From a virus, in IMG/VR virus record IMGVR_UViG_3300023174_000124, positions 20,860-84,859 of that record: 64,000 nt of DNA; one strand, given 5' to 3'. The position numbers and the translations under genes are program-made. The notes under the pieces were generated by a model that saw only the letters and a program-made list of their open reading frames with translations, did not search any database and was not told the DNA's origin. This document shows, one piece after another, positions 1 to 9,206 of the stretch (positions within the stretch are counted from its first letter, which is position 1; the number at the start of each line of letters is the position of its first letter).

Positions 1-88
1 TCATAGCTTTAGTCCTAAGTACAAATTTCTTGTTTTTAGAACTAAAGCTAGATCCTGTCATATCGGGTTTTATATTTATAGCCATCAT
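1..88 (-). CDS. 5' part of a gene running off the window edge (MMAINIKPDMTGSSFSSKNKKFVLRTKAM...)
   Basis: ATG overlaps the TAA of the 88..1464 gene (TAATG coupling); frame stays open to position 1; translated by hand. Confidence 0.55.
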   Translation of the reverse strand, partial: MMAINIKPDMTGSSFSSKNKKFVLRTKAM

Positions 89-1464
89 TAACCTCCACTA
101 TTATGGTTTTCCCATACAGCTGTTCTACCTCTAAGTAAATGATCCTTAGAAATATCTTGTCTTCCTGTTTCCATTGGAATTGCTGAATCGGGTTCTGTTT
201 GATATGGAGCATCACCTCTAGGATTATAAGTATCTCTAATAGGTTGATATGTGTATTTAGTCTTTTGCCATGTTATAGGTACACCATCCATAGGAACTTG
301 ATACCTTATATCTGTGACATCAAGATAACCTAAATTAAAGTGTTGTTGTAAAACATTACCTCTAGCATTAGGTCTTCTTACGGGCCCGATACTATATCTG
401 TCATTATTTTGTTTAACTAGAAAATCTCTTTGTTGAACAATAGGACTAGGACCGATATAGGTTTCATAGGAGTGTTCTTTTCTACGACCTTGAACAGATT
501 GACTAATTCGTCTTTCTGCATCATCAGGTGCTATAATTATATCATAGGGACCATCATAACCACCTTCTATACCTGTACCGAAACAAATAATACACCTAGA
601 ATCAGGTTGTTTAGCATATATAAGAGTTCTTCTATTAAAATCCCTACAAGCACAAGGAATACCTACAATCTTTTTTAAGAATAATCTAACTCTTTCACCA
701 CCTTGTTCTAAAGCCCATTGGTTTCTTCTAATCCCCTCTCGCCACATCCAATCTACTTTTTCTATTTCTATATCACTAAAAGGAACAGCATAGTTTATAG
801 GTGTTTCCTGTAAGCCACCTGATATAGGGTCTTCAGCTACTGTAGTTATTCTGTAATAGGTGTTTTTATCTAAGAAATAACCTAGTCTATCTGAATGACT
901 ATAAGCGAGGTATGTAATGGTGACGACACTATTTTCATTTATAATAAGATCAGGTGTAGTGGTGCTATTTATAGGGTCTAATTTATAACCTTGACTAAGT
1001 GTAACTTCACCTGTTTGTCCTACAATATAAGCCACAGGTGTAATACGACCATCTACTTTAACAATAACATCACGACCTGAACTTGTAGGTTCGATAGCAC
1101 TACCTATACGAGCAATAGGGTATTTAGTTTGAAAGGTATAAGTTCCATTTTCTTGATATTTAGATATCCAATGGGTTACTACCTCATCATATTGCATTTC
1201 AGTAAGGCTAACATCTCTATAATATTCACCACCTATAGGGGTTTGATTTATTCTTTTATAGGGACCTCTATCTGAAGTATTTGATCTATAAATATTCACC
1301 CCACGAATAACCCACCCTTCGTTTTGGTGAATATAAGAAGGACTTTCCCACCTTAAGTCTATAACACCTTTTATAAAGGGTGAAAGAGCAGATGTATTTT
1401 TAGGTGGTATAGGATAAGGTGATCTAGATAATTCCCAACCTGCAGTCATATTTAATCTCCCCAT
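88..1464 (-). CDS. Putative virion neck/head-closure protein with N-terminal FN3/Ig-like region
   Basis: LRW...GVNIYRS and YYRITTV are FN3-like; C-terminal GERVRLFLKK..CxC..CxxCFGTGxxGGY segment resembles neck proteins of large myoviruses; near the adaptor gene. Confidence 0.5.
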   Translation of the reverse strand: MGRLNMTAGWELSRSPYPIPPKNTSALSPFIKGVIDLRWESPSYIHQNEGWVIRGVNIYRSNTSDRGPYKRINQTPIGGEYYRDVSLTEMQYDEVVTHWISKYQENGTYTFQTKYPIARIGSAIEPTSSGRDVIVKVDGRITPVAYIVGQTGEVTLSQGYKLDPINSTTTPDLIINENSVVTITYLAYSHSDRLGYFLDKNTYYRITTVAEDPISGGLQETPINYAVPFSDIEIEKVDWMWREGIRRNQWALEQGGERVRLFLKKIVGIPCACRDFNRRTLIYAKQPDSRCIICFGTGIEGGYDGPYDIIIAPDDAERRISQSVQGRRKEHSYETYIGPSPIVQQRDFLVKQNNDRYSIGPVRRPNARGNVLQQHFNLGYLDVTDIRYQVPMDGVPITWQKTKYTYQPIRDTYNPRGDAPYQTEPDSAIPMETGRQDISKDHLLRGRTAVWENHNSGG

Positions 1465-1512
1465 ATAAAGTATATGATATATAAGGTGATTTTATAAAGG
1501 ATAAAAATAAAC

Positions 1513-1541
1513 TTGACAGCTCTCTATTATCTATATATAAT
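1513..1541 (+). promoter_or_regulatory. Consensus sigma70 promoter with no downstream sense gene
   Basis: TTGACA (1513-1518), 17 bp spacer, TATAAT (1536-1541). Confidence 0.7.
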
Positions 1542-1630
1542 ATATTCTGTATATAATATATATTCTGTTATATAGAAAATATAACCAAGTTCTATATATA
1601 AATATTATGTTCTATATATAACTATATTAT
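1535..1630. repeat. AT-rich direct/inverted repeat block
   Basis: atataata(ta)tattctgt x2 (1535-1568); gttctatatataa x2 (1589-1601, 1609-1621); inverted tatatagaa at 1569-1577. Confidence 0.7.
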
Positions 1631-1662
1631 GCTCTTCTAGAAAACATAACTTATATTCTGAT

Positions 1663-2790
1663 CTATAATCTCTTTAAGAGAGATAAAATCTCTGATCTAA
1701 GGTCTTTATTGTTATAAGCCACCTTAATAGCATAAGTTATAAGGTGAGCTTTCTTATTTGTAGGTGATTTATTTGTAGGTGAAGGACTCTTAAAATTATC
1801 TCTTAAAGCATAAACATGATCTGCACCAGGTGTAACTAAAACTCTTTTACCTTGATCCTCATATTCTTTAATTTTCTTAATTATATTCTTACCCCTAAAG
1901 TCATTAGCATAATCCATAAGTTGAGATATCTTCTGTTCAGGTTTATTATAATCTCTAGGAAAAGTTAAAGCATATAATTTTTGAGCATCCTTTTTATTCT
2001 TAGGTGGGAATTTACCATCATAGCCATTATCTTTTAAAAATTTCTCACCCTCTTCTTGCATCTCTTTAGGTAATTCATTAAACCATTCCATCTCTTCTTT
2101 AATGTTATTCCCATGCCCTATATTTAAAGCTAATTGTAAAGTCATTCTCTCAGCTTCAGTAGTGCCTAAATCTTCTTTCATAGCTTTAGCAACAGCTGAG
2201 TTAGCCATACCTAATTGGTTATCTTTACCATCCCAAGTATCTGCTTTACCTCCTGCTTCTAAAACTAAATTCCCTACAAGTTCTTGTTCTCCACCTTCGG
2301 GATAATTATCTCCATCTCCCTGACCTCCTTCACCTAAGAAAACAATTTCTTTACCATCTTTTTTAGCTTGTTCTATAAAGTCTTTAACATTAGGTAATAA
2401 ACTCTTCTCTATCCAATCTTTAGAATCATCATCTAAGTGTTTAGTTCCTAGTAATTGACTACCTTGTGGAGTAGTAGCCATATAATTCTTTTTATATACT
2501 TCAGGGTTTTTAAATGACTCTTCTATTTCTTCATTAGAAAGTTGATTTTTATAGTCAGCTTTGATGTCTTTTAAATCTAATTTCTTTTTAGGTTTTTCTT
2601 TCTTAGTGGTTTCTTTTTTAGACTTCTCCCACTTGTCCCAATATTGTTTTAAAATTTGTTTATGACTGTCAAATTCTTCAGGTCTTAAAGATTTAAGTTT
2701 CACTTTATTTTTAGTTTCAGGGTTTATAACAGTTTCATTCTCAACAGCTTTCCAAAACTCATTAACATTGTCTTTTGAAAATTTCAACAT
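1663..2790 (-). CDS. Hypothetical protein, probable internal virion cargo (C-terminal AIKVAYNNKDLR tag)
   Basis: 375 aa; AAGGAG RBS; N-terminal INPETKNKVKL motif; C-terminal tag after KKA. Confidence 0.75.
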   Translation of the reverse strand: MLKFSKDNVNEFWKAVENETVINPETKNKVKLKSLRPEEFDSHKQILKQYWDKWEKSKKETTKKEKPKKKLDLKDIKADYKNQLSNEEIEESFKNPEVYKKNYMATTPQGSQLLGTKHLDDDSKDWIEKSLLPNVKDFIEQAKKDGKEIVFLGEGGQGDGDNYPEGGEQELVGNLVLEAGGKADTWDGKDNQLGMANSAVAKAMKEDLGTTEAERMTLQLALNIGHGNNIKEEMEWFNELPKEMQEEGEKFLKDNGYDGKFPPKNKKDAQKLYALTFPRDYNKPEQKISQLMDYANDFRGKNIIKKIKEYEDQGKRVLVTPGADHVYALRDNFKSPSPTNKSPTNKKAHLITYAIKVAYNNKDLRSEILSLLKRL

Positions 2791-2848
2791 AGCAAGACTC
2801 CTTATTTAATATAATATAAGCTATAAACTTCTTACAAAGGATTTCATT

Positions 2849-4480
2849 ATGAAGTTAGCTACAAATAATCTCTTCTTTCTTGTTAAAGAAGAAGCTCCTC
2901 AAGATAATAAATTAGCTGTTGTCGGAGACAGAGAATACAAAGTCTGTATTGGTGAGAATATCGTATTAGGTGGTAATAAAGATTTTTATTACATCTCAGC
3001 TGTAAATCCTAAAATCTATTCTTATAAAGAGATCAATAAGACTGTTTATGATTCTCTTACAGAGGAAGAAGAATTAGATAGATATTTAACTATCGCTTTC
3101 TCAAGGGTGTTTTTCTCATTAGGTGATTTTTATAATGCAAGAGATACTCTTTATAGAGGTCTAGATCGTGTTTTAATTTCTCGTTTTAAAGATGCAACAA
3201 CAACTAAAGAAGTAATTGTAGCACTTGATCATATTGATGCTTTTCTTTTAAAGAGAAAGCCTAATATTCCCTTTGTGAAAAATCCTGGTCAAATTCCATC
3301 ATGTGATTTAAATACACTCTTTACAGAGATGAAAAAAGCTCGTGCAATGGTAGATATCGTTCAATTAAATAAGATTTATTTGAGAAAATCACCAAGTAAG
3401 AAATATGGTACTTTAGATCCTGAGGGTAATTTCATTCCTTGCTTTTATGAAACAAGGAGTATTACTAAAGAATGGGCAACTTTTGTAAATCATGAATTTA
3501 CTCGTAATGGTGAATTTAATATCTCTCTTAAAGAGAATGTCGTCTTATATCATAATATTTTGAATACAGAGGTAAATCAAGTTGCAGGTATTCCTCTTAA
3601 TTTACAATCTTATAAGTCATATAATCTTTATGATAAAGAAGGGTGTAGAATCAAGACACTATTAGTAAGAGTAGATAATAATTATTTAGATGAATTTGAA
3701 TTGAAGACAGGTTTAAATTATGACTTTTTTGAAGAGGGTCCGCATACAGACCATTTCATGTTTGAAATCAATGTAGAGGATACACCTGTTATATCGGATG
3801 TAGTATATGCGGACACTAATCCTAAAAGACTTATTGCTTTAACAATAACTACAGATTTGTTAAGAGGATTGTTAAAAGAGAATAAAGCAACATCTTATAC
3901 AGATGAACAGATTAAAGAATTGGCTAAGTGTTATATAACACCATCAATGAATTTTAGCCCTCCATCTATAGTAGATAAGACAATTAGTTCACCCAATACC
4001 TCTAGTAAAGTAGATTTTGGTTCAAAAGAATTGAATGTCTTAACAGGTGATTTTAAATCAGGTAATTTTTATTTAGATCGTAGGTTTAAAGTAGACGGTG
4101 TAGAGAAGTTATCTTTACCTATGTTATTAGATAGTAATTTTGATATGTTTTCTTTAACAGAGAAAGTTTTAGGAGCAAGAGCTAAAGTAGATAGTGCTGA
4201 ATCTCTTGTTATAGGAGTATATAAGTATCTTTTCAATTTAAGTGAAGATAAAGGTATTCTAGGAGAATATATAGAAGATCGTTTAAAACAAGCACTCTTA
4301 AAGAAAGACCTTGTAGTTTTAAATCATATTCAAAAAGAGTATAACAAAGAACTAGATAGTTTATATGAGAGTACTTATATACCTATAATTATAGGAAAGA
4401 AGTTAAATGGTATAGATTATGAGAGGGTGTTAAATAAGGATTTAGATAATACAGATTATTTATATGAGATTAAGAGTTAG
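2849..4480 (+). CDS. Hypothetical protein (543 aa)
   Basis: Long ORF with AAGGA RBS; no recognised motif. Confidence 0.75.
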   Translation: MKLATNNLFFLVKEEAPQDNKLAVVGDREYKVCIGENIVLGGNKDFYYISAVNPKIYSYKEINKTVYDSLTEEEELDRYLTIAFSRVFFSLGDFYNARDTLYRGLDRVLISRFKDATTTKEVIVALDHIDAFLLKRKPNIPFVKNPGQIPSCDLNTLFTEMKKARAMVDIVQLNKIYLRKSPSKKYGTLDPEGNFIPCFYETRSITKEWATFVNHEFTRNGEFNISLKENVVLYHNILNTEVNQVAGIPLNLQSYKSYNLYDKEGCRIKTLLVRVDNNYLDEFELKTGLNYDFFEEGPHTDHFMFEINVEDTPVISDVVYADTNPKRLIALTITTDLLRGLLKENKATSYTDEQIKELAKCYITPSMNFSPPSIVDKTISSPNTSSKVDFGSKELNVLTGDFKSGNFYLDRRFKVDGVEKLSLPMLLDSNFDMFSLTEKVLGARAKVDSAESLVIGVYKYLFNLSEDKGILGEYIEDRLKQALLKKDLVVLNHIQKEYNKELDSLYESTYIPIIIGKKLNGIDYERVLNKDLDNTDYLYEIKS

Positions 4481-4736
4481 GTGTAACGATACGACCATCT
4501 TCTAAAATTTGAAAAGGTGAGTCTTCGGATAGATCAAATTGCATTTTAACTAATTTGAGTAGGCTTTGAGCTTTTTCTTCATTAGCATCAACATCAGCAA
4601 GAAGTCTTGCTTTTTTAACTTCTAAAGCACCGATTTGATTAACAAGTTGAACAGCAGTTTGCTTTAATTCATTGAATTGTGCAAGTTGCTTTTCAGATAG
4701 ATTGCCTACGACTTTGAGATTAGATTGTTCGGACAT
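4470..4736 (-). CDS. Small coiled-coil hypothetical protein
   Basis: AAGGAG RBS; heptad-like central helix; GGTATAGT -10-like box upstream. Confidence 0.75.
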   Translation of the reverse strand: MSEQSNLKVVGNLSEKQLAQFNELKQTAVQLVNQIGALEVKKARLLADVDANEEKAQSLLKLVKMQFDLSEDSPFQILEDGRIVTPNS

Positions 4737-4775
4737 GATATAAACTCCTTTGAGGTTTTTTTATACTATACCAAC

Positions 4776-5165
4776 TTAGAGTTTCTTTTTATCTACAATT
4801 TCATGGTGAGCTTTTTCGATAGCTTTTTTAAGTCTTACTCTTGATTTAATATCTCTAGCTTTATTATTCAAGTTTAGAGTTTCTTTTTTAATTTTATCTA
4901 GTATTAGAGGGTCTACTTTTTTATCTTTAGGTTTAATCATACACATGAAATTTTCTCTATTATTAAACCTCTTAAAGACTATATTGTTTTCTTCAAATAG
5001 TTTCTTTTTCTCAAAATTAAGTTTAATATCTTCAAGTTTTAATTTAGAGGGTATGTTTATTTCTATTTGTTTAGGTTTTTCAAATTGAGAGACGATAAAC
5101 AATCCGATATACAAGAAAAAACTAAGCATTGTATATACAAAAGAAGTGTGAGATTCACTTAACAT
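4776..5165 (-). CDS. Membrane-anchored hypothetical protein
   Basis: N-terminal hydrophobic segment then Lys-rich tail; overlaps upstream gene. Confidence 0.6.
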   Translation of the reverse strand: MLSESHTSFVYTMLSFFLYIGLFIVSQFEKPKQIEINIPSKLKLEDIKLNFEKKKLFEENNIVFKRFNNRENFMCMIKPKDKKVDPLILDKIKKETLNLNNKARDIKSRVRLKKAIEKAHHEIVDKKKL

Positions 5166-5388
5166 GATACTTCACCTTTACTAGACTTAGTAAGTCTTCA
5201 GATAGAAGTTCTGTATCTTTAGATTTATTTAGAACATCTTTATTAAGTAAAGAAGTATTTTGATTATATAATTCTATTTCTTCCATTTTTAGTTTAGGTA
5301 CATCAGTCTCTTTTTCGGGAGATACAGAGGTACTGACTAAAACAATAACAAAAGATACCGATATAATTGTTAAGTCATTGATTATCAT
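5155..5388 (-). CDS. Small membrane protein
   Basis: N-terminal TM (LTIISVSFVIVLVS); PKLKMEEI echoes SKLKLEDI in the neighbouring gene. Confidence 0.6.
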   Translation of the reverse strand: MIINDLTIISVSFVIVLVSTSVSPEKETDVPKLKMEEIELYNQNTSLLNKDVLNKSKDTELLSEDLLSLVKVKYHVK

Positions 5389-5392
5389 TTGA

Positions 5393-5707
5393 TCATTCTC
5401 CCTTAATGAGAATATTTTGTATATCTACAAGATTTTTTTGAACATTATCTATATTCTTTTCTATATCTTTAATACTCTGTCTTGATTGTGCATCTTGAAT
5501 AGCATCACTGTTTATTTCTTTTTTGATTTCGTAAACTTGGTAGTCAATTCTTTGGATTTGATTTTGTAGGGTATAGAGTTTTGTATTAATAACAGCATTT
5601 TCAACAGAGATACTATTAAGCCAATATAAGAGGGGAATGACAGTAGCAGACAGTCCCTTATAAATCCAAGACATTATCTTTTCTATTTGTTCTGATGAAA
5701 ATTGCAT
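5393..5707 (-). CDS. TM plus coiled-coil protein (holin/spanin-like architecture possible)
   Basis: One N-terminal TM followed by a long coiled coil. Confidence 0.55.
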   Translation of the reverse strand: MQFSSEQIEKIMSWIYKGLSATVIPLLYWLNSISVENAVINTKLYTLQNQIQRIDYQVYEIKKEINSDAIQDAQSRQSIKDIEKNIDNVQKNLVDIQNILIKGE

Positions 5708-5724
5708 TTTATTATTCTTTCTTA

Positions 5725-6612
5725 TTATATAAAGTTTCTAGGGGATAGGACACCACGACCGACAGCAGGACCGAATGCAGATCTAACACCGATACCATAT
5801 TTAGGTTGGACAAGACCTCTGATGATTTTAGTAGTTCTAGCTTTCATTTCAGTAGCAGTTTGCCATTGGCTTTCAGCAGCACTCTTTAAGCCCTCGTATT
5901 TAGAAGATTTATCTATATTTAGAGAGATACCTCCTATAGAATAATCAAATTCATCAACAATCCAATTAGCTTGTAGAGCCATAGCGGCGAATACAATAGC
6001 ACCTTGTAATATAGGTGTTCTCCAAGCAGGTTTTTGATTGACTAGAACTTCTACTGTACGGTAATTTTCAGTTTCAGGTGGCATCATATTCCACCAGTCT
6101 AAAGCTCTTTCTATATATTCCATTAACTCATAATCTTCCCATACTTGACCAAAGACTCTATTATATTGACCTACAACAGCTTCAGCTTCAGGTGGTCTGA
6201 AATGGTAAAATTTATCAGGGTTTTGGTCTCTTAAAAGTATTCTGAGTTTATCTACCATAGACTTCATAGCTTCAGACATACCGTAGCTTACAATAGAGTC
6301 ATTAGTGACAACACCAAATTCTTGAACTACATTTTGAACAGGACTATTAACAAGTTCCCTAATTGCCCATTTTATTCTATAAGTACCAAAGGAAGCAGTG
6401 GCAGGTATTCTAAGAGAAGCATAATATTCACCGACAGCAGGATTTTCGGGTATTCTAGCAGGGTCGCCTATGAGAACATCTACTTGGTTATCAGAGAAAT
6501 AGATAGCATAGGTTATATCTGCAGCATTAGCGACATTACCACTACTATTAGTCAAGAAGAGGTCTAAATCTCCACGACTAAGGGTTTGTCCTCTTTTAAA
6601 AACTACACTCAT
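5725..6612 (-). CDS. Putative head-tail adaptor with N-terminal Ig-like domain
   Basis: N-terminal beta-sandwich pattern (GEYYA..GTYRIKW); helical C-terminal half (LRILLRD..FDYSIGGISLNIDKS) typical of adaptor proteins. Confidence 0.55.
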   Translation of the reverse strand: MSVVFKRGQTLSRGDLDLFLTNSSGNVANAADITYAIYFSDNQVDVLIGDPARIPENPAVGEYYASLRIPATASFGTYRIKWAIRELVNSPVQNVVQEFGVVTNDSIVSYGMSEAMKSMVDKLRILLRDQNPDKFYHFRPPEAEAVVGQYNRVFGQVWEDYELMEYIERALDWWNMMPPETENYRTVEVLVNQKPAWRTPILQGAIVFAAMALQANWIVDEFDYSIGGISLNIDKSSKYEGLKSAAESQWQTATEMKARTTKIIRGLVQPKYGIGVRSAFGPAVGRGVLSPRNFI

Positions 6613-6627
6613 TTTAATACTCGCTAT

Positions 6628-7731
6628 TTATGATTTATATATATTGCTATTCATAAATAGATTAATTCTTTTTCTAATACTCGCCACTCTTAAATTTGGA
6701 AATAAAACCTTAGCTTTACCGAGTAATTCGGGTAGGACTGACCTTGTTCCAAAACCTAATATGAAACCTATAACTTCAGCAAAGTTTTCAAATGGGTTTT
6801 GATTACCATATTCAGATACAGGTGATTTATGATATTTATATTTACTAAGTTGTCCTTTTGTTCTAGTCAAAAGTGTAGGTGAGTATAAATCTTGAATAGA
6901 AATTATTTGTACATATCTTCTAGGGTCTTCTTGTTTTATTCTTTTTAAGAAAGAAGATAATGTTTCATAATCATCCATATCATATAGTAATTCTTGTACC
7001 ACATCGCCATCAATACCTTTATTAAATTCACCTTCCCAATATTTTCTAGCTTTCTCATTGAAAATCTCAAAATAGATATAATGTGCCATTTCATGTGCTA
7101 GTGTTTTAACATAGATAGAAATATTTTTAGTGCCATAGTCTTCTTTACTTCTAGCTATGTTGATATTTATTTCTTTACTACCTAAGAAAAAACTAGCATA
7201 AGCATCAGATATGTGAAAATCACTAAAGGTAAATACTAAGGGGATTTTATGTTTTAGTAATTCAGGTAAGTGATGTTTAGCTCTTTTCTCATATACACTT
7301 ATGATTGTAGATATGAGTTCATAGTCATCATTATTTTGTAAGTCATAAGTAATAACATCAAATCCTTTAATTTTAAATTTTTGTTTTTTTCTAGTTTTAG
7401 GGTTAGGAAGGTCATCTTCTTCTATATTACTTAGTAGGACTACATCTTTAGGGTTTATGTTAAAAGAATCTTGGAGAATCGCCCTTTCCATCTTCTCTAC
7501 GACAACTCGGTCTTCGATTATATTATCATCATATCCATAATCCAAATAGGATAGGATTTCTTTCATAATACTTAGTGTATGTAATAAGTCAGCTTTTTCG
7601 GAAGCTAAGAATTTATTAACAAGGATAGCATCTTGGAGTTCAGGGTATCTTGTTTTATAAAGGAAGAAAGCATTATAGTAGTGTGTGTAGTCTTTTATAA
7701 ATTGTTTTTGTAACACGATTACCTCTTTCAA
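6628..7731 (-). CDS. Zinc metallopeptidase (HExxH; lethal-factor/MtfA-like)
   Basis: LAHEMAHY plus downstream SEYGxxNPxENFAE third-ligand motif. Confidence 0.75.
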   Translation of the reverse strand: MKEVIVLQKQFIKDYTHYYNAFFLYKTRYPELQDAILVNKFLASEKADLLHTLSIMKEILSYLDYGYDDNIIEDRVVVEKMERAILQDSFNINPKDVVLLSNIEEDDLPNPKTRKKQKFKIKGFDVITYDLQNNDDYELISTIISVYEKRAKHHLPELLKHKIPLVFTFSDFHISDAYASFFLGSKEININIARSKEDYGTKNISIYVKTLAHEMAHYIYFEIFNEKARKYWEGEFNKGIDGDVVQELLYDMDDYETLSSFLKRIKQEDPRRYVQIISIQDLYSPTLLTRTKGQLSKYKYHKSPVSEYGNQNPFENFAEVIGFILGFGTRSVLPELLGKAKVLFPNLRVASIRKRINLFMNSNIYKS

Positions 7732-7799
7732 TAAATAATTTATCTATTATCTCTTTATATAAAGATATAGATGATAAAAAACATTCAAGGAGATATACT

Positions 7800-8360
7800 A
7801 TGTCATATGGTATTATTTTAAGAGTTACCCATGCTGGTTTAAATAATTCTTCAGTTTACATTCCTGACACCCATGATGGTAAAGATGCTAATGGTCGTGT
7901 ACAAAATCAAAAATCACCACAATATGTACCTGTTGGTGGTCATGTAGATATGGTTTTCACAGATCAAATTGCCTTTTCTTTTGAACAAGGTGGTATTCGT
8001 GGTTTGATTAATGAAGGTTATATTACCACACAATTTATTATTGGTAGTACAACAGGAGTATCTGCTTTAGATACCACTATTAATAATATGACTAAGAGTG
8101 CTTTAGGTGCTTTTTCTAAAGTTACTGTAAATGTTGCTAATGGTAATCATACTTCTATAACAGTACCTTTTGCAAATGCTAAATTAGTAGCAGGTGCGAT
8201 TGTTTTAGTTACTATGGATATCCCTGCAGCTAATGTTGCTGTAGCTATCACTCCATATATCAAAACAATTAATGCAGGGGTATCTATTGTTTTGGGTTGT
8301 GATGTCACTTGTACAGGTGCTCAAAATATCGACTTTAATGTTGCTGTAATTTCTGCTTAA
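7800..8360 (+). CDS. Putative virion decoration/appendage protein (paralogous N-domain with 9207)
   Basis: AAGGAG RBS; DTHDGKDANGRV..QYVPVGG matches DIHDGKDQNGRV..QYVPANG. Confidence 0.6.
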   Translation: MSYGIILRVTHAGLNNSSVYIPDTHDGKDANGRVQNQKSPQYVPVGGHVDMVFTDQIAFSFEQGGIRGLINEGYITTQFIIGSTTGVSALDTTINNMTKSALGAFSKVTVNVANGNHTSITVPFANAKLVAGAIVLVTMDIPAANVAVAITPYIKTINAGVSIVLGCDVTCTGAQNIDFNVAVISA

Positions 8361-8415
8361 TAATTTTTAAATATAAATCCTATTTAATATTATAGTCTTA
8401 GATAGGGTTTTTCAA

Positions 8416-9159
8416 ATGACCATTCATTATCAAAATAATAAAGTAGCTGTTAAAGTTGCAAGTGATGCCACTACTTATACTTTAACAAAATCTGATAGCA
8501 TCTATGTAGGTTATAGTGGTCAAACTATTAACTTACCTGCACCATCATCTGTTTTAGGTTCTAGATATGTGATTAAAGCACCTAGTAATATTTCATCTAC
8601 TATTACTGTTAATGCTTCTACTAATAGTTCTACTATTGATGGTTTAAATTCTTATCTCATGTATGATAAGAATGATACTTTAGAAGTAGTAGCTACAAGT
8701 AGTGGTTGGGTGAGAGTCAGTAACAGTGCTTCTTATATTTGCACAGGTAGGTTATCAGGTGATCAAACAATTACAAGTAGTGAAGATAACATTATTCACT
8801 TTCAAAATAATCAAACATTATCACTAGATCCTTTGAGCTGGTGGAATAATAGTACTTATAAATATCAGCCTACATTACCAGGGTATTATAATATCTGTTA
8901 TAGTGTATGGTTTGCAGCAGGTGCTTCTTCTTTAAACCAAATGAATATACAAATAAGAAAAGGACTAGATTCTGTTGCTATAACTCAATCACCTATTCCA
9001 ACATCTACAGGTGGGTCTTTATTTGCATCAAGCATCACCTATTTAAATGGTTCTACTGACTATATTCAATTTACAGCATATAGTTCTAATCCTACTTCTC
9101 ATGTAGTACAAGGTAGTGGGGCTAGTAATGGTACATATTTCACTGCGATTAAAGTTTAA
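8416..9159 (+). CDS. Putative fibre/receptor-binding protein with C1q/TNF-like C-terminal domain
   Basis: TINLPAP..TIDG fibre motif; YQPTLPGYYNI..YLNGSTDYIQF is C1q-like; Ser/Thr rich. Confidence 0.6.
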   Translation: MTIHYQNNKVAVKVASDATTYTLTKSDSIYVGYSGQTINLPAPSSVLGSRYVIKAPSNISSTITVNASTNSSTIDGLNSYLMYDKNDTLEVVATSSGWVRVSNSASYICTGRLSGDQTITSSEDNIIHFQNNQTLSLDPLSWWNNSTYKYQPTLPGYYNICYSVWFAAGASSLNQMNIQIRKGLDSVAITQSPIPTSTGGSLFASSITYLNGSTDYIQFTAYSSNPTSHVVQGSGASNGTYFTAIKV

Positions 9160-9206
9160 TATTGATTAAATAGGTAACTCTTTATAAACACAAGGAGTTA
9201 TCAAAA

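Noticed and set aside
4-50. Imperfect hairpin (tagctttagt...actaaagcta) as a terminator
   Set aside because: AT-rich stem, no clear U-tract, and it lies in the probable next CDS
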